Positions 10,027-18,772 of a DNA stretch of 41,784 bases are shown here, piece after piece (positions within the stretch are counted from its first letter, which is position 1; each line of letters opens with the position of its first letter). Under the pieces are notes generated by a model. The model did no database searches. It was not told the origin of the DNA and was given only the letters and a program-made list of their open reading frames with translations. The DNA lies in the sequence record DRR378314_195; one strand, given 5' to 3'. The translations under genes were made by a program, and so were the position numbers.

Positions 10027-10272
10027 TCATTTGGCTCCTGACCGATCGCGGAGAGAGACAGCTGCTTAGCCGTGTAGAGTCGGTTGAATGGGATAGGCGG
10101 CAAAGATGTAGAAGATGGTTCTTCTCTGAACCCCTGCGTCATCCCTTACATGTTGCTAGAGCCGACACTCTACAACATGACAAAGTGGAAAGAATACGCC
10201 TGAATCAAAAACCTGTAATTTTTAACAGTTTTTTTCATCTTGAAAGTCGAAGACGTTCAGAGGTAACCGTAT

Positions 10273-11166
10273 CTATACACGCAACTCTGGCAGGTGGCCG
10301 GCCAAATGCCGCAATTTGTCCGGGTTACGCACCACATAGATCGCCTGAATACGGCCATCCATCACATCCAGCGTCGTGATCTGGGGCAACCCATCGTGTT
10401 CGATGGTCAACCATCCGGGCAGCCCATTCACGATAACAGCCTTAACCCACCGAGGGCTGGGCGATGCGGATTTACGGGCCACACCTTCGAAGAACCGGCT
10501 GATTCTGTCAGCGCCAAGGATCAGGCGCCGCGCCGCAATTCTCTTTCCGCCACCATCAGTATGCAGAGTAGCGCTGTCACTCAGTAGCACCCTCAAGGTT
10601 GTGACGTCACCACTGCGGGCGGCGTCAAAGAATCGATCCGTCAATTGGCTGTGCTCGCCCGCACTCACCTCATAACGGGGACGCTCAGCCTGCACGCGTT
10701 TCCGGGCGCGGCTTGCGAGCTGGCGGCAACTGGCTTCACTGCGTTCCAGGCTCACAGCCACCTGGCTGAAATCCAGGCCGAATACATCGTGCAAGAGGAA
10801 CGCAGCACGCTCCAGGGGCGACAACCGCTCCAACGCCAACATCAGGGCGAAGGACACGTCACTGGCAAGTGCCTCCGCGTCTGCCGGGGTATCCCGGGTT
10901 TCTACGATAGGCTCCGGCAGCCAGGGGCCATCATAGACCTCCCGCTGCCGGTGAGCGGCGCGGAGGCGATCAAGGCACAGCCGGCTGGTAACAGTGGTCA
11001 GATAAGCCTGCACATCATCGACTGACAGCTGATCGGCATGGTGCCAACGCAGATATGCATCCTGCACAACATCCTCTGCCTCGGTCACCGAACCCAGCAT
11101 GCGGTACGCGACGCCTGTCAGGTAGCGGCGCCAGTGATCAAACTGATGCGCAGGCTCTTTCGTCAT
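10273..11166 (-). CDS. sigJ: ECF41-group sigma factor (SigJ-like) with SnoaL-like C-terminal extension
   Basis: AYRMLGSVTEAEDVVQD plus the ECF41 signatures WLPEP, DGGGK and RNPDKL. Confidence 0.93.
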   Translation of the reverse strand: MTKEPAHQFDHWRRYLTGVAYRMLGSVTEAEDVVQDAYLRWHHADQLSVDDVQAYLTTVTSRLCLDRLRAAHRQREVYDGPWLPEPIVETRDTPADAEALASDVSFALMLALERLSPLERAAFLLHDVFGLDFSQVAVSLERSEASCRQLASRARKRVQAERPRYEVSAGEHSQLTDRFFDAARSGDVTTLRVLLSDSATLHTDGGGKRIAARRLILGADRISRFFEGVARKSASPSPRWVKAVIVNGLPGWLTIEHDGLPQITTLDVMDGRIQAIYVVRNPDKLRHLAGHLPELRV

Positions 11167-11187
11167 GTCATCAGGCTCCTGCTGCGT

Positions 11188-11637
11188 CTATTCAAGGACA
11201 ACCGTCGCGTCCACCTCAAACAACATGCCATCCAGCGCCAGACGTGGCACCGGGATTAGCGTTTGCGCAGGTAGCGCCTCGCCAAAGGTGTCTTTTACAT
11301 GACGGGTCATGACATTCAGCATGGAGGGATCATAGTTCACCACATACGTGTTGATACGGGTGACCTGTTGCGGGCTCGCATCCAGTTCCTTCAGCACAAT
11401 CCGAAGATTGCGATACGCTTGGGCTACCTGATCTTCGAAAGCGTCCGAAAGTATACCAGTTGGGCCTTCACCTCCCTGGCCTGCAATGTAGGCGAACCGG
11501 CTGCCACCCTCAGCAACAACGGCATGGCTATACCCATTGGGCGCAGGGTCATAAAGGTCAGGCGGATTGACGATATCCGATGTCACCCCACCTGCATGGG
11601 CGGTGCTTAGCACTATACTCATGGCAACTACCCACAT
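11188..11637 (-). CDS. Rid (YjgF/YER057c/UK114) family protein, non-Arg type, with signal-peptide-like N-terminus
   Basis: YSHAV, YIAGQ, QAYRNL and FEVDA; PAQT replaces the PAR(S/T) motif. Start uncertain (see findings). Confidence 0.85.
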   Translation of the reverse strand: MWVVAMSIVLSTAHAGGVTSDIVNPPDLYDPAPNGYSHAVVAEGGSRFAYIAGQGGEGPTGILSDAFEDQVAQAYRNLRIVLKELDASPQQVTRINTYVVNYDPSMLNVMTRHVKDTFGEALPAQTLIPVPRLALDGMLFEVDATVVLE

Positions 11638-11687
11638 TGAAAGGGTCTGTTTAGGCTAGAAAACAAGGTCAGCACTCCCCGGCATGA

Positions 11688-12146
11688 TCAGTGATTGTTT
11701 TTTGAGTCATTCGGATGAACCGCCCGAAAGCCCACGCTGATCCGGTTCCAGACGTTGATCGCTCCGATCAGCAACGTCAGGTCGACGAACTCCTTCTCGG
11801 TGAAATGCGCTCGCCCCTGCTCGTAATCCTGACTGGGAGCTCCGGTGTCAGCCACGTTCGTCAGTGCTTCGGTCCAGGCCAGGGCCGCCCGTTCACGCGG
11901 GGTGTAAAGCCCGGACTCACGCCAGGCAGACAACAGGTAGAGCCGTGCTTCACTTTCGCCGGCTTTGCGGGCATCGCTGGTGTGCATGTGCAGGCAATAC
12001 GCGCAGCCGTTAATCTGGGATGCCCTGGTTTTTACCAAGTGGATGAGGCTGTGTTCCAGCCCGCAACTGCCAACGTACTCCTCCAGCCGGGTCATTGCGG
12101 CGATGGCATCCGGGGAGGCCTTGTAGGCATTCAATCTCGTTTCCAT
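11688..12146 (-). CDS. Carboxymuconolactone decarboxylase/AhpD family protein
   Basis: RASQINGCAYCLHMH, AWRES, RERAALAWTEALT and INVWNR; AGGAG RBS before the ATG at 12146. Confidence 0.93.
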   Translation of the reverse strand: METRLNAYKASPDAIAAMTRLEEYVGSCGLEHSLIHLVKTRASQINGCAYCLHMHTSDARKAGESEARLYLLSAWRESGLYTPRERAALAWTEALTNVADTGAPSQDYEQGRAHFTEKEFVDLTLLIGAINVWNRISVGFRAVHPNDSKNNH

Positions 12147-12211
12147 TATCTTACTCCTCTGCATGGGGCGACATGGGGTGGCATCATGTCCACGAAGGTT
12201 CTACAGAGGTA

Positions 12212-12238
12212 GACGGGGCAGCCCTGATGTTTGTGACA
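12212..12238 (-). promoter_or_regulatory. ECF41-dependent promoter (-35 TGTCACA, N16, -10 CGTC)
   Basis: Minus strand reads TGTCACA-AACATCAGGGCTGCCC-CGTC, an exact match to the ECF41 consensus, 65 nt upstream of the CMD gene. Confidence 0.88.
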
Positions 12239-12290
12239 TGCAGAGACTAATTTTTAGCAGACCCTTGATCAACGGTGGTAAAACGGGACC

Positions 12291-13136
12291 ATGGCACAAC
12301 CCTATTTCCTTGGCTGTCCGCAGTGGCAACATCCCGACTGGAACGACCGACTCCCTCCCGGTCAGAGCCCGCTGGCACGTTACAGCAGTGCCCTCAACTG
12401 CGTGGAGGGCAACACCACTTTTTATGCCACGCCCAGCCAGGAACAGTGCCGGCAGTGGCGGTCACAGGTGCCCAATGACTTCCGTTTCCTGTTCAAGTTT
12501 CCACGCCTGATCACTCATGACCGGCTACTGGGCGGAGCTGGCCGCGAGGTATCGGACTTTCTCGAGATAATCGCGCCACTCAACGATGTGCTCGGCCCAA
12601 TCCTTCTGCAACTTCCCGCGATTTTTGGGCCGGAGCGTCTGGAGCATCTGTGGCGATTTGTTGATACCTTGCCACCGCCCCTGACCTGCACTGTTGAGGT
12701 CCGTCACAACGCCTTTTTTGACAAGGGGGAAGCCGAGCGAGCCCTGAACCGTGGCTTAAGGGAACGCAGCATTGCACGGGTTTGCATGGACAGCCGAGCG
12801 CTCTTTGCCGCGGCCACGGATAGCGAGGAAACCCGCGATGCCCAGCGCAAAAAGCCGCGAGTACCCGTGCATCTGCTCCCTGTGGATGCAGCGCCAGTGG
12901 TTCGCTTCGTTGGCCACCCCGACCTGGAGGCCAACCGCCCGTTTCTCGCACCCTGGGTTGAGCGTGTAGCTGCGTGGATAGAGGAAGGGAAACGTCCCTA
13001 TATGTTCATGCACATGCCGAACAAGGGCGATGCCCTCTCTCTGGCGGCGCTCTGGAATGAGTTACTGCGTGAACGGGTATCCCTGGTTAATGCCCTGGAC
13101 CTTAACGAGACAAGGCCCCAGATGGGGCTTTTCTGA
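12291..13136 (+). CDS. DUF72 (YecE-like) protein
   Basis: VEGNTTFYATP, FRFLFKFPRLITH, LQLP, VEVRH and FMHMP. Confidence 0.9.
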   Translation: MAQPYFLGCPQWQHPDWNDRLPPGQSPLARYSSALNCVEGNTTFYATPSQEQCRQWRSQVPNDFRFLFKFPRLITHDRLLGGAGREVSDFLEIIAPLNDVLGPILLQLPAIFGPERLEHLWRFVDTLPPPLTCTVEVRHNAFFDKGEAERALNRGLRERSIARVCMDSRALFAAATDSEETRDAQRKKPRVPVHLLPVDAAPVVRFVGHPDLEANRPFLAPWVERVAAWIEEGKRPYMFMHMPNKGDALSLAALWNELLRERVSLVNALDLNETRPQMGLF

Positions 13137-13137
13137 C

Positions 13138-13779
13138 TCAGAGCAACTGCTGATCATAGGCGTACTTGGTCAGCTCCGCCGTGGTGTTCAATTGCAGCTT
13201 GGTCTTGATGTTTTGCCGATGGGTTTCGACCGTTCTCACGCTGATATTCAGCTCATTGGAGATGGCTTTACTGCTGAGCCCTTTGGCAACTCTGGAAAGA
13301 ATGGCCTCCTCGCGGCGAGTAAGTTTGCTCTCCACCGGCTCCATGGTTTCCCCATGACGAAACAACGTCTCGGTCGCTGCCCGGCAAATGTAGGTGGCAC
13401 CACCAGCCACGGTACGAATGGCGCTCACCATTTCCTCAACCGATACGTCCTTCAGGATGTAGCCCTTGGCGCCATGAAACATCAGCTGTGAAATGTATTC
13501 CCGGTTGTCGTGCATGCTGAGGATAAGCACTTTCAGGTCGGGGTGGCGCTCCTGGAAAATTTTCGTTGTTTCAATCCCGTTCATGTTGGGCATGCTGACA
13601 TCCATCATGATCACGTCCGGCTTCAGGTCTTTGACCCGTTCCAGTGCTTCCAGCCCATCGGTGGCCTGGCCAACGACGTCGATACCCTTTTCCTGTTCCA
13701 GCCGCGCCCTGATACCTTCCAGGACAAGAATGTGATCATCAACCAGCATGACCTTTACTACAGATTCTGATGCGCTCAT
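13138..13779 (-). CDS. NarL/LuxR family response regulator
   Basis: Receiver motifs LVDDH, MDVSMP, LSMH, GYILK; HTH LTRREE...ISVRTVETHRQNIKTKL. Confidence 0.95.
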   Translation of the reverse strand: MSASESVVKVMLVDDHILVLEGIRARLEQEKGIDVVGQATDGLEALERVKDLKPDVIMMDVSMPNMNGIETTKIFQERHPDLKVLILSMHDNREYISQLMFHGAKGYILKDVSVEEMVSAIRTVAGGATYICRAATETLFRHGETMEPVESKLTRREEAILSRVAKGLSSKAISNELNISVRTVETHRQNIKTKLQLNTTAELTKYAYDQQLL

Positions 13780-13833
13780 AGGACCGTTACCGTCAAGTTT
13801 GTAACAACCCCAGGCTTACCCTTGTTGTATCGA

Positions 13834-15183
13834 CTACGCCTGGTATTGTTTGAACGAGGCCATTATCCGGGTTCCATTGCCTGGCCGCGGAGATACCTCA
13901 AACTCCCCGCCCAAAAACTCCACACGCTCACGCATGTTACGCAATCCAATGCCTCTCCTGGCGTATGCCGCCCTCTCGACAATGCCTACGCCGTTGTCGG
14001 AAATACACAGAAACAGCCCCTCTGCGTCTTCTTCCAGGCTCAGTGCCAACCGGGTCGCCTGGGCGTGTTTCTCAATGTTCGACAGGGCCTCCTGGACAAT
14101 ACGATACAGCGTCGTGGCCACCTCTTCGGAAATATCCCCCTGTGGTGGCTGAATATCAATGTCCATGACAATCCCGCTGCGTTCGCGGAAATCATCCAGC
14201 AGCTGGTTAAGTGCCGCCAGCAGTCCCAGATCGTCCAGCACACTGGGGCGCAGGTCATGGGATATACGCCGCACCTCCTGTATCGCACGGTTTAATACCT
14301 CGCCGCCTTTCAACAGTGACTCCTGGGCGACGGCATCATCCTCGGGAATATGGGTCATGGCTGTTTCCAGCCGGTATTTCACGGACACCAGCAACTGGTT
14401 GATGCCATCGTGCAGCTCCCTCGATACCCGGCGGCGCTCTTCCTCCTGATGCTGTACCGTCTTGTGGCTCAGTTCTTTCAGATTCTGATCCGCCAGGCGA
14501 TGTTCGTGCACGTTGAACAGAATCCCCACGGACACGACGACGCCGATGGTCACCACCAGCGCCAGCAGAATGGCCCACAGGGTCTGTTTAACGTTCGCGT
14601 CCACTCCTGCTTCGATGGCCCGCATCTCAGTGGCAATATCGTCGATATACAAGCCCGTGCCAAACATCCATTGCCAGTCTTCTATCTGTTCGACATAGCC
14701 GACTTTATCCACCTCCTTGCCCGTGGAAGGCTGCTGCCACAGATACTGGTAATACCCACCGCCATTTTCAGCGATCCGTATCAGGTTCTGGATCAGATAA
14801 TTACCACTACTGTCCTGAAAATCGTACATATCCCGCCCGACCAGCACCGGCTGTGCGGCGTGGACCAGATTCAATCCATCGTTGGTGTAGGCGTAGAAGT
14901 AGCCGTCGTCACTGAAAGAGGCTTCCTGCATCAGAGCCTTAACCTTGTCGCGGGCTTCATCCTCATTGGCAGCGTTCTGACGAACAAATTCGATAGCGGT
15001 GCGCATGATGGAAACATAATCCTTCAGCGCCGTTTCCTTCGACCGCCGCAGGTTCTGCTCAAAAATCTGCAGTTCACGCTCCATCAGTATGTCGCCCTGA
15101 TGCAGGGTCACCGCGGAAAAGATGCCGGTAACAACCAGCAGTGGTACCAGAGCAAGCAGTATCAATTTTGTTCTTAACGACAT
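13834..15183 (-). CDS. Single-Cache sensor histidine kinase (HisKA_3; MctS-like)
   Basis: Two TM helices flanking a Cache domain (GYFYAY, GGYYQYLW, WMFGTGLYIDD); SRELHDGINQ, QEALSNIEKHA, DNGVG and GIGLRNMRER. Confidence 0.93.
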   Translation of the reverse strand: MSLRTKLILLALVPLLVVTGIFSAVTLHQGDILMERELQIFEQNLRRSKETALKDYVSIMRTAIEFVRQNAANEDEARDKVKALMQEASFSDDGYFYAYTNDGLNLVHAAQPVLVGRDMYDFQDSSGNYLIQNLIRIAENGGGYYQYLWQQPSTGKEVDKVGYVEQIEDWQWMFGTGLYIDDIATEMRAIEAGVDANVKQTLWAILLALVVTIGVVVSVGILFNVHEHRLADQNLKELSHKTVQHQEEERRRVSRELHDGINQLLVSVKYRLETAMTHIPEDDAVAQESLLKGGEVLNRAIQEVRRISHDLRPSVLDDLGLLAALNQLLDDFRERSGIVMDIDIQPPQGDISEEVATTLYRIVQEALSNIEKHAQATRLALSLEEDAEGLFLCISDNGVGIVERAAYARRGIGLRNMRERVEFLGGEFEVSPRPGNGTRIMASFKQYQA

Positions 15184-15261
15184 GACCGTCTCATTGTCCT
15201 TTATCAGCGCACGCTATCGAGGCACCTGCGGGAAAGCCCCATCAGTCTAGCCCAAACCATG

Positions 15262-15301
15262 AAAAAGAGCGGGCATGGAGAAGAGACTCCCCAGGCCCGC
15301 T
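15262..15301 (-). terminator. Probable intrinsic terminator after dctM
   Basis: Imperfect AGCGGGC...GCCCGCT stem followed by CTTTTT on the minus strand. Confidence 0.5.
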
Positions 15302-15376
15302 AAACCTCCAATCAAGGCTCTTCGAACAGTTCGGACCATGCCGTCAGCGTCACTGAAACAAGCATCTGGCAAACTC

Positions 15377-16669
15377 TCAGGACGATGACATCCCAAAGAA
15401 TGCCGGGAAGATCAGGATCGCGATCAGCACCATTATTTGCAGCAGTATGAACGGCGCGACACCGCGATAGATGTCGGTGGTTTTAACCTCCGGCGGCGAC
15501 ACCCCTTTCAGATAGAAAAGGCTGAACCCGAATGGCGGTGTCAGGAAACTGGTTTGCAGGTTCATTGCGATCAGGATGGCGAACCAGAGCATGTTGATGC
15601 CGAGCAGCTCAGCGATTGGCGCCAGGATGGGTACGATGATGAAAGAGATCTCAACAAAGTCGATGAAGAACCCCAGCACCAGAATAATGAGCATGGTCAG
15701 GATCAGGAAGCCCCATTTCTCACCCGGCAGTTGCAGCATCCACTCTTCCAGCAGGTAGTCGCCACCGGTGTAGCTGAACACCATGGAGAAGGCGGTCGCT
15801 CCAACCAGAATGGCGAAGACCATGGCCGTCACTTTGACCGTATCCCGAGAGCTTTCCCACATCATCCTCCAGGAGAACTGGCGATAGGCTACCGCCAGGA
15901 CCAACGCACCAACGGCACCCAGAGCGGACGATTCGGTAGGCGTCGCTATTCCGGTAAAGATCGAGCCAAGCACAACAACAATCAGTGCCAGCGGCGGGAT
16001 GATGGCCATCAGGGCTTTGCCGACTTCCTGTGCCCGGCTGTCTTCGCTATCCCGCGGCATAGCGGGCGCAGATCCGGGCGAGCGCCAACTGACGAACAGG
16101 ATATATCCGACATACAGCCCAACCAGCACCACACCAGGAATCACCGCTGCCTTGAACAGGTCGCCTACCGGTAGGCCAAGCACGTCACCAAGGATGATAA
16201 GGATGATGGAGGGCGGCACAATTTGCCCCAAAGTGCCGGACGCACAAATGGTGCCGCAGGCAAGCTTTTTGTCATACCCGTTTGCCAGCATGACCGGCAG
16301 CGAAATCAACCCCATGGCCACAACACTGGCACCAACCACCCCCGTGGAGGCCGCCAGTAATGCACCAACCACGATCGTGGATATCGCCAACCCACCGGGC
16401 AACCCGCCAAACAGGCGCCCCATCGACTCCAGTAATTGCTCCGCCAATCGGGTGCGCTGCAACACTATGCCCATATAGATGAACAGGGGGATTGCCATCA
16501 ACACCGTGTTCTGCATGATGCTCATGATGCGGAAGGGCATGAAGGCAAACAGCTGGGGACCCTCGGCAATCAGGCCAAAAATCAGGGCCACGCCGCCGAA
16601 CGTAAATGCAACAGGAAAGCCCCACAACAGCATGAAGAGGCAGACCACAAACATCACCATACCGATCAT
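15377..16669 (-). CDS. dctM: TRAP transporter large permease
   Basis: AIPLFIYMG, ASGTLGQIVPPS, ATPTES and SFLTPPFGFSLFYLKG. Confidence 0.95.
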   Translation of the reverse strand: MIGMVMFVVCLFMLLWGFPVAFTFGGVALIFGLIAEGPQLFAFMPFRIMSIMQNTVLMAIPLFIYMGIVLQRTRLAEQLLESMGRLFGGLPGGLAISTIVVGALLAASTGVVGASVVAMGLISLPVMLANGYDKKLACGTICASGTLGQIVPPSIILIILGDVLGLPVGDLFKAAVIPGVVLVGLYVGYILFVSWRSPGSAPAMPRDSEDSRAQEVGKALMAIIPPLALIVVVLGSIFTGIATPTESSALGAVGALVLAVAYRQFSWRMMWESSRDTVKVTAMVFAILVGATAFSMVFSYTGGDYLLEEWMLQLPGEKWGFLILTMLIILVLGFFIDFVEISFIIVPILAPIAELLGINMLWFAILIAMNLQTSFLTPPFGFSLFYLKGVSPPEVKTTDIYRGVAPFILLQIMVLIAILIFPAFFGMSSS

Positions 16670-17211
16670 GCCAGACCTCCCGCACCGGTTTGCTCAGCGT
16701 AGGCAGACTCCCTGGCAAGCACTCTGAGCGCAAAGGTCGCCATACCAACGCTGGCAACAGCCAGCCAGAACGAAGAAAACGGAATCAGTCCTTTGACGAT
16801 AAACCGATGTGGCAAACCTCCCGGATCCCCGCTGCCTTCACCCATGTGATAGGCCTCAAGCATGTATCCCCAACCCAGCCAGGCGATCAGGGCAGCAATC
16901 GGAAGCGCAAAAAAGAGCGCCCCAACAAGATTGACCCACGCCTTGAAGGTTTCACTGCGGCCGGCATACAGAACGTCCACTCGCACGTGGCCGTCCGTTC
17001 TCATGGCGTAGGGGATGCCCATCAGGAAGACGAAGGCGTACAGGTGCCATTCCATCTCCTGCATGCCAATGGAGACTTCGTTAAAAGCATAGCGGGCAAC
17101 CACGTCGTAAAAGACATTCAGCATCATCAGGATAAAGGCCACGCTCGCGACCCAGCCACACGCTCGAGATACGGCGCCAAGTCCGTTATCCACAGCAATC
17201 AACCAACGCAT
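16666..17211 (-). CDS. dctQ: TRAP transporter small permease
   Basis: DVVARY, QEMEWHL and GHVRVDVLY; 4 TM segments; overlaps the dctM start. Confidence 0.93.
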   Translation of the reverse strand: MRWLIAVDNGLGAVSRACGWVASVAFILMMLNVFYDVVARYAFNEVSIGMQEMEWHLYAFVFLMGIPYAMRTDGHVRVDVLYAGRSETFKAWVNLVGALFFALPIAALIAWLGWGYMLEAYHMGEGSGDPGGLPHRFIVKGLIPFSSFWLAVASVGMATFALRVLARESAYAEQTGAGGLA

Positions 17212-17265
17212 TACGGCTCCTCTTGCCGGAGCATGGCTCCGGCGCAGTCGGGATTGAATAAGGGG

Positions 17266-18345
17266 TTATTCCAGCTCAGCCATGGTGTTCAGGTAGGCAC
17301 GCTCGGAGATGTTGATGTACGCCCGTGTCTTATCCAGATAGGCCTGTTGGGATTTGATAATGCGCTGACCCTGCTCATTGTCCCGGGAATACTCTTTCAG
17401 GACCTTTTCGTTGGCCGCAACCATGGCTTTGAAGATGTCATCCGGGAAGGTTTTGACCTTGACGTTCGGGTACTCGTCACGGATGGAGGCCCAGGCTTCC
17501 GCATTGGCATGCACAGATTGGGTCAGCATGTCGTAGGACGCTGTCCGCATGGACACTCGCAGGATTTCCTGCAGGTCGGCAGGCAGTTTGTCCCAGACTT
17601 TCTTGTTGATCAGGAATTGCAACTCGGTGGCGGGTTCGTGCCAGCCGGTGTAGTAATAGTCGGCAATCTGCTGAAAACCGAGACGCAGGTCCAGGGCCGG
17701 CCCTACCCACTCGACCGCATCAATGGTGTTGCGCTCCAGGGCGGTGTACAACTCTCCCGGCGGGATGTTGGTCGGGTTAACGCCAACTTCGGCAAAGACT
17801 TCGCCAGCAAATCCTGGGATTCGCATTTTCAGCCCTTCGAGGTCTTCAAGGGTTTTGATTTCCTTGCGGAACCAGCCGCCCATCTGGTTGCCCGTGTTGC
17901 CACCCGGGAACGACAGCATGTTATGGGGCTCGTACACCTCCTGCATCAGCTCCATGCCGCCACCGTGGTAGAACCACGCCCATTGCTCCTGAGCGTTCAT
18001 ACCAAACGGCATGCTGGTGAAGTAAAGGGTGTTGGGCACTTTGCCCTTCCAGTAATAAGACGCTGAATGGCCCATGTCGTATTGGCCCGCTTTAACCATA
18101 TCAAAGACGCCAAAAGGCGCTTTGTGGCGGTTGGCGGAATCGATCCGAATCTTGAGGCGGCCGTTGGACATTTTTTCGGCCATTTCCGCCATGTTCTTGG
18201 TGGCATCACCAAAAATCGGGAAGTTCGGCCCCCAGGTCTCAGCGAGTCGGAGCGTATAGCTCTTATCGGCGGCATGAGCAAAGGACGCAAACAGTACGGA
18301 GAACACCACAGCGGCAATCGCAGCAGCTTTCAGAACGTTTTTCAT
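17266..18345 (-). CDS. dctP: TRAP substrate-binding protein (TakP-like, monocarboxylate/keto-acid type)
   Basis: Signal peptide; SASYYWKG, GNTGNQMGGWFRKEI, KMRIPG, EWVGP and GWHEP. Confidence 0.93.
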   Translation of the reverse strand: MKNVLKAAAIAAVVFSVLFASFAHAADKSYTLRLAETWGPNFPIFGDATKNMAEMAEKMSNGRLKIRIDSANRHKAPFGVFDMVKAGQYDMGHSASYYWKGKVPNTLYFTSMPFGMNAQEQWAWFYHGGGMELMQEVYEPHNMLSFPGGNTGNQMGGWFRKEIKTLEDLEGLKMRIPGFAGEVFAEVGVNPTNIPPGELYTALERNTIDAVEWVGPALDLRLGFQQIADYYYTGWHEPATELQFLINKKVWDKLPADLQEILRVSMRTASYDMLTQSVHANAEAWASIRDEYPNVKVKTFPDDIFKAMVAANEKVLKEYSRDNEQGQRIIKSQQAYLDKTRAYINISERAYLNTMAELE

Positions 18346-18427
18346 GGTTTTATTCCTGTTGTGTTTGTTTTTCAGAACGATGCCCGTATCGGACGGGGCG
18401 ACTTAACAGTTCAGGGGGTATACATGC

Positions 18428-18571
18428 CTACCCCCACTCTGGGATGGCTATTGAAGTAGCGGAGTCAGGAACAGGCTTGGGAACAGAAACGTCAGCATCG
18501 GCTGCCGTGCAGCCTGCCATCGAAAGCAGAAGTACAAGGGTATTTGGTTTGCCAACCTTCACGGAATACAT
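18428..18571 (-). CDS. Possible 47-aa small lipoprotein in the dctP leader
   Basis: Manual translation MYSVKVGKPNTLVLLLSMAGCTAADADVSVPKPVPDSATSIAIPEWG*. It has a lipobox-like SMAGC and an A-rich leader with AGGCAGG upstream. It falls below the ORF-track cutoff. Confidence 0.35.
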   Translation of the reverse strand: MYSVKVGKPNTLVLLLSMAGCTAADADVSVPKPVPDSATSIAIPEWG

Positions 18572-18664
18572 ATACGACCTGCCTGTTTGTATTTATTGTT
18601 TGGTGTCAGTCGAATCACGCGTCGTCATTCGCAATTTATGGTCACGATTTGAGCGATCATTAAC

Positions 18665-18740
18665 AATCCGTAGGAATAACCAAACGAATACGCAGGGATT
18701 ACTTAGAACTCCGTCGGCAAAACTCAGTATTAATACGTAG
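18665..18740. promoter_or_regulatory. Array of imperfect AATACGTAG-like direct repeats upstream of the TRAP operon
   Basis: AATCCGTAG 18665, AATACGCAG 18687, ATTACTTAG 18698, ACTCCGTCG 18708, ACTCAGTAT 18722, AATACGTAG 18732. Confidence 0.45.
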
Positions 18741-18767
18741 GAGTGTGCCCGGCTCCGGACACACTCC
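18740..18767 (-). terminator. Stem-loop downstream of the flavin-binding gene
   Basis: GGAGTGTGCCCGG-ct-CCGGACACACTCC, a few nt past the stop codon at 18773. Confidence 0.5.
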
Positions 18768-18772
18768 GCTCA

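Noticed and set aside
16690-18066. 458-aa plus-strand ORF
   Set aside because: Antisense to dctQ/dctP; a typical high-GC shadow ORF.
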